Program-made: the position numbers and the translations under genes
DNA from: a virus
Taxonomy: Duplodnaviria; Caudoviricetes
IMG/VR virus record: IMGVR_UViG_3300033067_001807
Span: 17,498 to 81,497 of that record
Strand: one strand, 5' to 3'
Length of the DNA stretch: 64,000 nucleotides
The notes under the pieces: model-generated
The model's database searches: none
What the model was told of the DNA's origin: nothing
The model's input: only the letters and a program-made list of their open reading frames with translations
In this document: positions 10,912-20,862 of the stretch, in pieces
How the letters are laid out: every line of letters begins with the position of its first letter
Numbering within the stretch: position 1 is the first letter of the stretch

Positions 10912-12840
10912 TTATCTTATAATTTCAAGTTCAAATGCCTTGTTTATTTGGTCTACACAAATTAATTCAACGTAGGGTTTTTGACTTAATAAATTTGAAG
11001 TATCTAATACTGCTTTTAAAATCCAACCGTTTTGTTTATCTGTATATATGTTAATCTTGTTTGTACCTAATGCAGGTAATACGTTTTTAAATGAAAATTT
11101 AATTGTTTGTCCTTTTTTCCAAATATTAATACTGTCATCTAAGTATATATTCAAATCTCCAGTAAGTGCCACTGTATTTGTATTAATTCTTACAAGATTT
11201 TCATAAGGTCTTACTCTTGTTAATAAACCAGAAGAAGCTGATAAAGACATGTTAAATAGATTTGCAGGATTAACTAAATTTCCGGTAGTCCCTGATATAA
11301 AGTCATATTCAAACACCTCATTAAGAGTATATCCATAATTACTACTAACAATCTTTATTTTATCAGGTGATGATCTGTCAATTGTAATACCATCTCCATT
11401 TGATAATACGTCAGTATTATATTGTATTTCACTAGGTATTTGACCACTGATTACCTGGTTTAATCTGGTGTTAACAGACGTAATCATATCTAAAATAGAT
11501 GTAGAATTAGCATAATTTAAAGCGGCATCCTCTAAGGATCTCTCAAGGTCCTGTACCCTTGCTATTAAATCAGTAGTTGAATTTGAAGTCATTAATAAAT
11601 CTTCAACTGTTGCCAATCTATCAACAATACTAGCATATCTTGCATTTGCCTGAACCATTAATCTTGCTGCATTTTCAATTGCAGTAGTTGTGTCCAAGAA
11701 AATGTCCATCGAAAATGTTGAATAATCATTTATATTTGATTCAACTCCAACGTTATCAAGAGATGAATTAAATTTAACATTTAATTTTAAAGCATATGCA
11801 TTACCATTTAGGCCAGTTACATCATTTGGCTTGTATTTAGTAAATTCCGGAATATACCATCCTGAAGTAGTAGGTTCATCTTTGAAATTATCTAAAATGA
11901 TTATACCATATAAGTTAGTTGATCTGTTTGCAACATTAGATTTTGAATATAAATCGTAGTAAACTAGAATTGCGTTGAATCTAAAATCTCCACCTCTCTT
12001 AGAATATTCTAAGAAGTTGTTTAATTTAGGGTCATTAGCTATTTTAGCATACACTGATGGATTCCATTCAATTCCATAGTTATATGATGTTTGGTCTAAA
12101 CTAATAGTACCATTGGTATTATCAGATAATGAATCTAATGTGATATTAGAATCCGGATGTGTTTGTCCTGCTCTACCATTTATTTGAGTATCGGGTAAAT
12201 ATGAGGTTGCAGTTGTATTATAGTTTGAAGATTTAAATAAAATTTCAGGTGTAAATCCAACTGACGAAGGAACGTTAACGAAAATTTCGTTATAGGTATT
12301 TCCTTGATAGTTTTTATCATTAGAAACATCAATATTTCCAAGATATTTTACTACTCTACTATAATTATCTCCAGTATTGGTTGTGTCCTCTTTTTCAATT
12401 GCTCTAGAATATCCAGAAACTGTTTGTTGATTATTTGCAGTTTTAACCTCAAATGCACCTATGTGATGTAGCCATTTAAAGAAAATCTTTTCAGCGTCGG
12501 AACTATATATTGTAGGATCGAAATCGTCATCGCTTAAAATGAAGTTTTCAAAATTTAATGCATAATTTTGTAAAGTTTCCGCAAAACTAACATTTGCGTC
12601 TGCATTCGGAACATAAGATGCGGCGGGTGAACCTCCACCTTCAAATAAATTTTCGAATTGGATATAATTTTCACCATTAGAAGGGCTAGCAACTACCGGA
12701 ATATCTAAAAGAGCGAATTTTGAATATTCAAAATTAATATCTGGATTGTAATATGCTCTTGTTAAATCCCTTGCTGCACTAGAAAATGCATACATAGTTC
12801 CTCCCTGTTCCTGAGGTATTCTTATTAATGGTGTTGCCAT
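10912..12840 (-). CDS. Virion structural protein with coiled-coil segment (642 aa)
   Basis: Tightly packed in the structural operon; heptad region around RYASIVDRLATVEDLL. Confidence 0.5.
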   Translation of the reverse strand: MATPLIRIPQEQGGTMYAFSSAARDLTRAYYNPDINFEYSKFALLDIPVVASPSNGENYIQFENLFEGGGSPAASYVPNADANVSFAETLQNYALNFENFILSDDDFDPTIYSSDAEKIFFKWLHHIGAFEVKTANNQQTVSGYSRAIEKEDTTNTGDNYSRVVKYLGNIDVSNDKNYQGNTYNEIFVNVPSSVGFTPEILFKSSNYNTTATSYLPDTQINGRAGQTHPDSNITLDSLSDNTNGTISLDQTSYNYGIEWNPSVYAKIANDPKLNNFLEYSKRGGDFRFNAILVYYDLYSKSNVANRSTNLYGIIILDNFKDEPTTSGWYIPEFTKYKPNDVTGLNGNAYALKLNVKFNSSLDNVGVESNINDYSTFSMDIFLDTTTAIENAARLMVQANARYASIVDRLATVEDLLMTSNSTTDLIARVQDLERSLEDAALNYANSTSILDMITSVNTRLNQVISGQIPSEIQYNTDVLSNGDGITIDRSSPDKIKIVSSNYGYTLNEVFEYDFISGTTGNLVNPANLFNMSLSASSGLLTRVRPYENLVRINTNTVALTGDLNIYLDDSINIWKKGQTIKFSFKNVLPALGTNKINIYTDKQNGWILKAVLDTSNLLSQKPYVELICVDQINKAFELEIIR

Positions 12841-12862
12841 TTATGGTGTACTTTATATTTTA

Positions 12863-13432
12863 TTAATATGTAATATCAGCGTTCATTGCTGAAATTACAT
12901 AAAATTCTGAAGTTGTTCCAGAATATCTCAATGTAACAGATCCTCCTGCATTAATTATTACTCCAGTCGCTCCTGCAAAATTAGAAGTATCTAATGTAAT
13001 AATTCCTCCTTCTGCAATTAATACAATTTCTTGTCCATTTTCAGCAGCAGGTAATAAAATTGGTGCCGCAAATGCAGGTGTATTTGCATCTAAAATATAT
13101 GTAGAAGCAGTATATCCATCTGTTGAAATAGAAGTAACTCCATCTTCAATATTAAGAATTAAAGCATTATTTAATTGTACTGCCTCATTAAATGCTGCTT
13201 CAACATTTGCAACGATCGCAGTTTGAGATACTTGAAATGTATCAATAGTACCATTATTTGCTCTTAATGTACCACCTTTAATCTCACCTGTTAGAGATAA
13301 AGTTTGATTTGTTGTATTTAACAATGCTGCAATTGAACCAAGTTCATTATTCAATGCTGCGAAGTTATTGTTAATTACAATTCTTGAAGAAGAAACACTA
13401 TCTGTTCCTAAGATTGTTGTTATACTTGCCAT
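12863..13432 (-). CDS. Short baseplate-anchored fibre-like protein
   Basis: N-terminal TDSVSSSRIVINNNFAALN resembles the T4 gp9/gp10-type anchor motif. Confidence 0.5.
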   Translation of the reverse strand: MASITTILGTDSVSSSRIVINNNFAALNNELGSIAALLNTTNQTLSLTGEIKGGTLRANNGTIDTFQVSQTAIVANVEAAFNEAVQLNNALILNIEDGVTSISTDGYTASTYILDANTPAFAAPILLPAAENGQEIVLIAEGGIITLDTSNFAGATGVIINAGGSVTLRYSGTTSEFYVISAMNADITY

Positions 13433-13433
13433 T

Positions 13434-16199
13434 TTAAATGATTTTTAATATATTTTTATTTATTTTGTTTTTATTTCCATTAACATCAGTTAACTCAAGT
13501 TCAACTGTATAATCTCCCTTATGTTTAAATAGGTATGTTAACCATGTATTATTATAATATATATCATCTATATTCTGGCTATTATTTTTTAGCCTCCATT
13601 TTTGAGAAACTATACCAGGCATATTTGTAATATCATATGAAAATGTTACATGATTCAACATATTAACTTCCATATGTGTATCTACAATGCATAAATCATT
13701 GAAGTTTGGATTATAACTTACAAAATGTACTTCAGATCCAGGTACTATTATACCACCTGTTGGATTATTAAATCCAACTTCTGAATAGTCATGTGTTCTT
13801 GAAGGTTCTTCAGCAACTATTAACATATAATTGCAAATGTCTTCTGTTCCATTATTATCGGCATCGATTATGATTGGATTAAAATTAAACTTAGCAAACA
13901 ACGGGTGTTCTACTGCATCTAGTGCTCTTAATTCTTCTGCAATTAAATTCCACGCAGTCAGGTCTGTATTGTTAATTGGATATGGACTCATAATTTCATA
14001 TGAATCTACCACTTCAACATTAGTTACAGGGTCAATTTGTTTTATAAATAATTTATGTCCATTCACATAACCTTCACTGTTTCTAAGATCTATTTTAAAC
14101 GATGAATTTATATCTGCACCAACTCTCATCATATTCCAGTTTACCTGAGGCCCATCATTCCATGTTTGAGTTCTAAGTTCTTTCCATTGATATGGTCCAG
14201 GAGTTTCATTATATCCGGTTGGTTGTGTACTATCTAAAAATCTTCTAACTGTTGAGAATTCAACCCCATCTTCACCATCATGCACATAATTTGCCCTGTC
14301 TAATGTTAAATAATATGTTGCTATAATACTGTCGATTGTTGCAGTGTTTTCCCTAGACCAATCCCAATCACCTCCAGCATCATCATATTGATATGCATAT
14401 TGATTTAAATTTAATTTAGGAAGCATCCTTTGGAACAATCCATAAACTTCAACATTCTTATTTTTAACTTCAAAATAATCTTCTTCTCTCCAAGAACTTC
14501 TTACATTATATAAATCATAAATTGCAAGTTCTACCGAATATGTTCCAGCATACGGCAAAACGACTGGAAACTGTTGGTACTCCGGATGAAATTCACCAAG
14601 GTTGTCAGTATATCCAACGCCACCTCTAAACGATTTTAAATATCCTTTAGGTCCGGAGATTGTCCATTCCATTTCATAAATACCTTGTTTCCACCAGTTA
14701 TTCCATGTTAGCATGTGATTTCCTGTACTATCTGCATCCATAAATGTGAATTCAGCAGAATCCCATGAGTCTATAAATGATTCCGCATTTAATACAACTG
14801 GACATCCTATTGGAATTCCATCTAACGTATTAAAGGTTGACATGTCATTATTATAATAACCTTTGTAAAATTCTATAATTGATTGTGTAATTTCTTCTCT
14901 ATCAGATTCACTTAATGCTTCAAAGTTTTGATTAATTCCTGTAAGTCTATAATCAACCTTTCTAAGATCTTCTATAAATAATTGTCTTTCACCTGGAATC
15001 CTACTAAAAGATACCATTGAACCTGCGTTTTGTACTTTAATTGCATGTTGATTATTCCAAACGTTTTGATTAAATTGAGAAAAGTAATCTCCTTCCCCCG
15101 TAATATCAACGATTTTTGCCTGTAATGGTAAGAATTCCTTTTGAAGTTTATTCTTAAGTCCATATAGTTTTATTAATACTTCATCTGGCGAGTAATCCAA
15201 AGATTCCTGTACTGTTGGGATATCCCATTCGTCAACATTTCCTGTTGCATCATTTAGTCGATACACCAACGAGAATCTACTTGTCTTTTTTAAATTAGAA
15301 CTTGGTAGTTCATTTCCATTATTTTTATCAGCTAAAAATCCAGTTACATCCTGATTAGGAACTGCAATTGCTTTTAACTTTCCGAAGTTTTCAGATTGTT
15401 CATTGATGTTTAACCAATATTCCTTTAGCGTTATTTTATTATAGCCGAAAAAGTCAATTGCATTTAAAAGTGCTTTATACGTTCCAATAAACGGTTTGAT
15501 TTGACTTGCCTGTAAAAGTAATTCCTTTCTCTTTTGATTCATTAAAATCCAATCTGGTGAAAGTTCTTTAATATCAGAATCCTTAAGAATCACATAGTCT
15601 TCTGGCTTAAGAGTCATTCCCATATTGGATAATAAAACTGCTAATCTTTCATCTTCTTCCTCCGTCTCACCATATATTCTAATAGTTGCAATTAAAGTTT
15701 CATTTCCTTCTTCGTCAATTTCACTAATATCTAGCAGTCGGGTATGGTAATTATCAACATGACTCATTAATGCAATGTTACATTTTAGTGGAGTCATTGC
15801 AAGATTTGAATCTATAATTTTAAATCCATCTGAATTTATGCCATGTATTACATTTGAATTTAATAGGTCTAATATTACCTCATTCTTTTTTTGAATCTCA
15901 AGCCTCCCATCAACATTAACAGCGTCGTACATAAATATGTCTTCGCTTTGTTCATAATCACTAAAGAACTTAAACTTAAATTTGCTTACTCCTACATTTT
16001 CCGAAATTGGAGTTATAAATTTAGTATTTCCAAGTTTTCCTTGTACCTCTTCTAAAATATAAATAGTTAGCGTTTCATATAATCCTGTTGAAACCTTTGG
16101 CAAATAGCAAATACCTTCCCATATTTCGTTATCTGAATTATATAGAAGGTTAAGGTCATTTGATTCACTATCAAAAAAACGTAGTTTATTATATGCCAT
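13434..16199 (-). CDS. Baseplate wedge protein (gp7-like, tentative) with PKD-like repeats
   Basis: Follows the gp6-like gene; FIGTYKALLNAIDFFGY segment; PKD-like strands YAGTYSVELAIYD and KGDYTVELELTD. Confidence 0.45.
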   Translation of the reverse strand: MAYNKLRFFDSESNDLNLLYNSDNEIWEGICYLPKVSTGLYETLTIYILEEVQGKLGNTKFITPISENVGVSKFKFKFFSDYEQSEDIFMYDAVNVDGRLEIQKKNEVILDLLNSNVIHGINSDGFKIIDSNLAMTPLKCNIALMSHVDNYHTRLLDISEIDEEGNETLIATIRIYGETEEEDERLAVLLSNMGMTLKPEDYVILKDSDIKELSPDWILMNQKRKELLLQASQIKPFIGTYKALLNAIDFFGYNKITLKEYWLNINEQSENFGKLKAIAVPNQDVTGFLADKNNGNELPSSNLKKTSRFSLVYRLNDATGNVDEWDIPTVQESLDYSPDEVLIKLYGLKNKLQKEFLPLQAKIVDITGEGDYFSQFNQNVWNNQHAIKVQNAGSMVSFSRIPGERQLFIEDLRKVDYRLTGINQNFEALSESDREEITQSIIEFYKGYYNNDMSTFNTLDGIPIGCPVVLNAESFIDSWDSAEFTFMDADSTGNHMLTWNNWWKQGIYEMEWTISGPKGYLKSFRGGVGYTDNLGEFHPEYQQFPVVLPYAGTYSVELAIYDLYNVRSSWREEDYFEVKNKNVEVYGLFQRMLPKLNLNQYAYQYDDAGGDWDWSRENTATIDSIIATYYLTLDRANYVHDGEDGVEFSTVRRFLDSTQPTGYNETPGPYQWKELRTQTWNDGPQVNWNMMRVGADINSSFKIDLRNSEGYVNGHKLFIKQIDPVTNVEVVDSYEIMSPYPINNTDLTAWNLIAEELRALDAVEHPLFAKFNFNPIIIDADNNGTEDICNYMLIVAEEPSRTHDYSEVGFNNPTGGIIVPGSEVHFVSYNPNFNDLCIVDTHMEVNMLNHVTFSYDITNMPGIVSQKWRLKNNSQNIDDIYYNNTWLTYLFKHKGDYTVELELTDVNGNKNKINKNILKII

Positions 16200-16201
16200 T
16201 A

Positions 16202-16471
16202 CTATTTAACTTTTTTATCTCCTTTTTTAAGTGTAAAGGATTTATATGATTTTAAATATGACGCAGAATCTACCCAATCAGCAATAACATGCTGAATCAT
16301 AATGATAAAATCGTTCATTGTATCATTTCTTTGTATATATTCCGAAATAGAATTTGACAAAATATTAAGACGATAATTGTTTCCTACATGTTTTCTATTA
16401 TCCATTGCAGATAATTTAGTATCATATGATTTTAATTTTCGTACCTTAAATAAATTACTTAATATATCCAT
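16202..16471 (-). CDS. Hypothetical baseplate-module protein
   Basis: TAATG overlap with the gp6-like gene and 2-bp gap to the next gene. Confidence 0.6.
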   Translation of the reverse strand: MDILSNLFKVRKLKSYDTKLSAMDNRKHVGNNYRLNILSNSISEYIQRNDTMNDFIIMIQHVIADWVDSASYLKSYKSFTLKKGDKKVK

Positions 16472-18291
16472 TAAATTGTTTTTCTATTTTGTGCCTGTAT
16501 TCTACTAAATACTGTGTTTGGTATTGCTGGCTCATCAAAATAAATCGATAATGCAGCCATTTCACCTATTCGAGCACCATCTTCCACGGTTGCTCCATCT
16601 CTATCTTTCCATCCTCCTCTAAATAAAGCAACTTCTTCTTTTTCTAAAAGAATATCTCCAAAAGAATCTAAATTTATTACATTTTCTGGAAGAGCCGCAC
16701 CTGGTTCAAAGTTTATTTGTTGTTCTGTTTCTGTTCTTTTAAAGAAAACATATTTTGATTTTCCATTACCAATGTCTTCGAGTACTGGCGTGCTTGGAGT
16801 TACTGTAACGGTTTTTGAGATATAGTAACCATTTCTTCTGGCTGTCTCTTCTTTTTCAGAAACAAATCTAACATTTACAGAGTCTATACCTTCAATACCC
16901 TCTAAAAGAGCAATGATATCTGACTTTGGTAAACGATCTCTTCTTGTAATATTAATTAAGTAGTTTGAAATTTTTGAACGAATTTCATTATATAAATTAT
17001 TTTTATCAAATCCTTCAAAATATCTTACTTTAACATCCATTCTAAAATATTGTACTTGTGGCTTAACGATTTTTACTTCGGTTGTAACCATTTGTTGTCC
17101 TGACTTTTCAAGTACATTTAATATTGCATTAGTCTCGTCTTCTGAAAAAAAGAACTCTTCTTTATTAAGATTAAAATAGTCATTATTTTTTGAAAGCTTT
17201 CTGGCAGTATCTGGCAACATAAATATGTATATCACATTGTCATCGTCAATAAATCCATCCTCTGTCGTGTTATATGCATCTAAATATGAAAACATACCAT
17301 ACTTAGACAGAAACGCCTCATAGTTTTCTGGTTTTGCCAACACAAATGAATGACTCTGTAAAGGTGCAATTAATTTAGTTAATTCTATTGGCTCCGGATC
17401 TGACCCCATTGATGGTGCAATAGTAAATGAAGATTCTAATAATTGGTTTAAATTGTAATTATTTCCTAAAGAATCGAATCCCTCTGTTGTAAATCTAAAA
17501 TTAAGATCTTTAGAACCTGTTAAATTTCCTCTTGAACCTTCTGTAATTACGTACTCAACTCCAATAGATGCTCCTTCATTTGGAATCATACCAAAAGAAC
17601 CATTACCGAAATAAATGTCAAGTCCTCCAGTAATTCCGGTTTTTACCAAATAACCCTTTGTCCCGACCTTCATATCATATAATGAATCATACTTTGTCCA
17701 AGGTTCTCCATTAACACTTACCTTAACCGAATGATGATCTGTATTCCTTTTAACTATAACATTAAATGATTGTAATTTTTCACCAGTACCTGTCAACGTT
17801 TGCGATTCTATTTTTCCTTGAATAACAGGAATATAGATATATTCTGGATTGCTTTTTTCAATTCTAAATTGATCGTTATTTGTTTTTAACATATACTCCA
17901 ACCCATTCTTAGTTGATGTAATTATTGTATTCGCTGGAATATTAATTGCATCTCCAGCAATATCATTAAATGCGCTTGTATTTAATCTAACCTTTATTTC
18001 ACCTGTGGCAGAAGTTCCTCTGAATGGGTCATGGCCTGCAAGTCTCGCAAGTCCATATATAGATTCTTTATTTTGGGCAGTTAATATGTTTTGTTCTACC
18101 ACAGCATCTTCAACATAGAAAAATACTAAATTAGTCAATTCAGTTAATACTTCTAGTATCTGTGAAAATGGTGATGCGGTTGTAAATAACTCACCAGTTC
18201 TACCATATAATCTACTGATATATGTTCTAGTGTCGGTTAACATTTCGTTAGCCTTAATTCTAGCGGTCGATAAAAATTTTAATTCTGCCAT
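16471..18291 (-). CDS. Baseplate wedge subunit (T4 gp6 / baseplate J-like)
   Basis: ESIYGLARLAGHDP, NGLEY, DIYFGNGSFG, MGSDPEPIELTK...YEAFL pattern; adjacent to a gp25-like gene. Confidence 0.8.
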   Translation of the reverse strand: MAELKFLSTARIKANEMLTDTRTYISRLYGRTGELFTTASPFSQILEVLTELTNLVFFYVEDAVVEQNILTAQNKESIYGLARLAGHDPFRGTSATGEIKVRLNTSAFNDIAGDAINIPANTIITSTKNGLEYMLKTNNDQFRIEKSNPEYIYIPVIQGKIESQTLTGTGEKLQSFNVIVKRNTDHHSVKVSVNGEPWTKYDSLYDMKVGTKGYLVKTGITGGLDIYFGNGSFGMIPNEGASIGVEYVITEGSRGNLTGSKDLNFRFTTEGFDSLGNNYNLNQLLESSFTIAPSMGSDPEPIELTKLIAPLQSHSFVLAKPENYEAFLSKYGMFSYLDAYNTTEDGFIDDDNVIYIFMLPDTARKLSKNNDYFNLNKEEFFFSEDETNAILNVLEKSGQQMVTTEVKIVKPQVQYFRMDVKVRYFEGFDKNNLYNEIRSKISNYLINITRRDRLPKSDIIALLEGIEGIDSVNVRFVSEKEETARRNGYYISKTVTVTPSTPVLEDIGNGKSKYVFFKRTETEQQINFEPGAALPENVINLDSFGDILLEKEEVALFRGGWKDRDGATVEDGARIGEMAALSIYFDEPAIPNTVFSRIQAQNRKTI

Positions 18292-18303
18292 TTTATTTAT
18301 ATT

Positions 18304-18657
18304 TTATACGTATAATCCAATACCAAATCTATTATCGATTGTGATATCAATATACATTGCATTTCTTTCTGTTTCTGTCACGTAATCAACTTCAACATTA
18401 ACGCGGTATTTAGTTGAAAGTGGAATATATTCGGAAATAGCGTTTGATACAACACCCTTTATCATGTCATTGTTATACATAAATGAATAAACATAATCTT
18501 CAAGATTTAAACCGAAGTCAGGGGCGCCCATAACAGATCCCTTTGCTGTAAAAAGAAGAGTTTCTATTTGAGTCAATATCAATTGAATATCCTCATCTAC
18601 CTGCATTTGATCAGCTCTAAAATTAGGGTCTCCTATTGCCTTTATATATAGTTCCAT
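18304..18657 (-). CDS. Baseplate wedge subunit (gp25-like)
   Basis: QIETLLFTAKGSVMGAPDFGLNLEDYVY matches the gp25/GPW pattern. Confidence 0.8.
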   Translation of the reverse strand: MELYIKAIGDPNFRADQMQVDEDIQLILTQIETLLFTAKGSVMGAPDFGLNLEDYVYSFMYNNDMIKGVVSNAISEYIPLSTKYRVNVEVDYVTETERNAMYIDITIDNRFGIGLYV

Positions 18658-18662
18658 AGTAT

Positions 18663-18670
18663 TATATATT
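18663..18670 (-). promoter_or_regulatory. Putative late promoter
   Basis: AATATATA directly upstream of the gp25-like gene. Confidence 0.45.
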
Positions 18671-18673
18671 TGT

Positions 18674-19504
18674 TTAAGAATGCATCATCCAGTCAGTGCC
18701 TTCATCTGTTTTGATTTCTTCTATAACCTTTTCTAATTCCTCTTCACCAAGCCCCTTAATAGCGTCAGCATTTACTTCAATGTTTCCAGGAAGAGCAAAT
18801 CCAAATATAGATAATTTTTGTCCTAATGAAATTTTAACCTTTGCTGCGCAATATCTAAAAAATGCTTCATCAGCAAATAATGCACATTCCGGAATAGTTT
18901 CATATATTTCTAAAATAATGTCTTTCTTTGGAGTCTCTCCGGTAAATCTCAATTCTTTTGTTAATTGATTGTAGTGATAACTAATTGGATTTTGAATAAT
19001 TTGCCTTGCTAAATCATAGAAGCTTTCATTAATAACATATGCCTGTAGGTTTTCAGCCGCGGCTCCAGTATTCGAACCACCATACATTCCACCCATTAAA
19101 ATACGTTCCATTGAAAAATCTCCTTGTGTAAAGTTAATGTCCATTGAACCTCCCCATCTTGAACCTGTTTCGAAAACACCATATACAGAGTATACTTCAT
19201 TTCCGCCAGTTGTTGGGTCCATTCCTGGTAGAGTAAAACTTCTCTTTCTTTTAAATTGTTCAGAAGAAAAAAGGTTAACTGGTAGAACCATGAAATTTTC
19301 TTTTACAGAATATTCATAATTTTTATAGAACCATTTCTTTGCGTTTTTAACAATGTTTTGAACCTCTTTTTTTGGAAGATTCATTGGAATCATACATGAA
19401 CCAGTAACATCATCTGCCAATTCATTTACAAAATTATTAAAACAATCGTTTGACCATACCGGATCTTCTAAGTGGCTTTCATTACCTATAATAATATCAC
19501 TCAT
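18674..19504 (-). CDS. Neck protein (T4 gp13-like)
   Basis: ISYHYNQLTKELRF and FFRYCAAKVKISLGQKLSIFGFALPGNIEVNADAI resemble the gp13 C-terminus. Confidence 0.7.
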   Translation of the reverse strand: MSDIIIGNESHLEDPVWSNDCFNNFVNELADDVTGSCMIPMNLPKKEVQNIVKNAKKWFYKNYEYSVKENFMVLPVNLFSSEQFKRKRSFTLPGMDPTTGGNEVYSVYGVFETGSRWGGSMDINFTQGDFSMERILMGGMYGGSNTGAAAENLQAYVINESFYDLARQIIQNPISYHYNQLTKELRFTGETPKKDIILEIYETIPECALFADEAFFRYCAAKVKISLGQKLSIFGFALPGNIEVNADAIKGLGEEELEKVIEEIKTDEGTDWMMHS

Positions 19505-19521
19505 TTTTATATTTTATATTT

Positions 19522-20814
19522 TTATATTAATTGATATTTAATAATTTCAACATCATTAAATTTTGCTAGCTTTTTGTCATAGCTTCCTTCTCTAAATATT
19601 CCACCATACATTGTACCTTTGAAAACTCCTTTTCCATATACATAGCAATCACTAGTTGAACATGTTCCATGCACATACGATGAGTCTATTTTACTTGAAG
19701 TAATTTGAGTACCTGAATAAAAATTACAGTAATGAATGTCGGAACCCTGTACATCACATCCATACATATCGCATGTTGTAAATTCTCCTCTTAAGAAACA
19801 ACCGACGAATTCATAATCATGAAGATCCACACAATATTCAAGCCTTCCGTTTGAAACCTGTATTCTACCTGTATCAGAATCATAATTGATATGTCCTTTT
19901 GAAAGTTCACCGTGTGTAAATAGTCTCATTACTCTATCCCTAACACTTGGCCAATAGAGATCCACTACCTTTGGATTTTCCTTTAGGTCAACTGTAAATT
20001 TTACGTTTTTCCAATTATCCGCAATGGTTTTCCAGTTTTTTCTGGCGTCAATTATTCTTTGATTTGCTGAGATAATTCTTTTAAGTTCAATTGCATTAAG
20101 TTCTGAAAATTCAGTGTTTTCAGTTGATTTCCATAATTGCATTAAAAAACTATCAACAAGATGCAGTATTTTTGTTGTCTTTTTTTCCCAATCTGCTCCA
20201 CCCACATATCTAAATTCTAAATAATTTTTGTGTCTTTTGTCAAAATTTATACCATAATATTTTGAGTCGGGAAAGATAAAGTTTTGTTGATTAATATATT
20301 TACCATCAAAGAAATACGTGTCCTCTTTAGGTAGTACAAATTTTATTGATTTTGCGTATGCTGAATTTTCTCTCTTAGGAAACAATTTAAATACTTGCTC
20401 CTCATTGAAATCTAGAATGAATTTAAGGGTATTCATCTTAGAGATTCTATATTTATTGTCAATCTTAGATTTATCAAATGAAAGATTCAGGTGAATCGAG
20501 GAACGGTCATTTGTATATCCATTCTCTTCTATCCATTTACATACATTAATTATCATTAATCTTGCTGCAAAATACGGAAGAGCTCCAGTTACAAGCTCAA
20601 GTAGCTTTGCGCCACCTGACATATCTGGTTCTATTTTAAATTCATCTTGAGTTACTTCAAAATCACTGTGCGCTTTTGTCTCAACATGTATTTTTTTGCC
20701 TAATAGTTTTGCAAGTTTATTAGCAGTTTCTGATGCACTGAAATTTGAATAAAATTCAAATTCAACACCTATTAAGGCGTTTTGTAAAATGCTTGCGTCA
20801 TTAAGGTTATTCAT
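19522..20814 (-). CDS. Putative amidoligase (COOH-NH2 ligase family) with C-terminal beta-repeat region
   Basis: GVEFEF, IEPDMS, LELVT, SSIHLNLS, KYYGIN, YLEFR motifs. Confidence 0.7.
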   Translation of the reverse strand: MNNLNDASILQNALIGVEFEFYSNFSASETANKLAKLLGKKIHVETKAHSDFEVTQDEFKIEPDMSGGAKLLELVTGALPYFAARLMIINVCKWIEENGYTNDRSSIHLNLSFDKSKIDNKYRISKMNTLKFILDFNEEQVFKLFPKRENSAYAKSIKFVLPKEDTYFFDGKYINQQNFIFPDSKYYGINFDKRHKNYLEFRYVGGADWEKKTTKILHLVDSFLMQLWKSTENTEFSELNAIELKRIISANQRIIDARKNWKTIADNWKNVKFTVDLKENPKVVDLYWPSVRDRVMRLFTHGELSKGHINYDSDTGRIQVSNGRLEYCVDLHDYEFVGCFLRGEFTTCDMYGCDVQGSDIHYCNFYSGTQITSSKIDSSYVHGTCSTSDCYVYGKGVFKGTMYGGIFREGSYDKKLAKFNDVEIIKYQLI

Positions 20815-20822
20815 TATTCTAT

Positions 20823-20852
20823 AGATATATTACTTAGTTAAGTTATATATCT
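20823..20852. promoter_or_regulatory. Inverted repeat containing a late-type promoter upstream of the amidoligase
   Basis: AGATATAT-T-ACTT-AGTT-AAGT-T-ATATATCT. Confidence 0.55.
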
Positions 20853-20862
20853 TAGTAAATAA

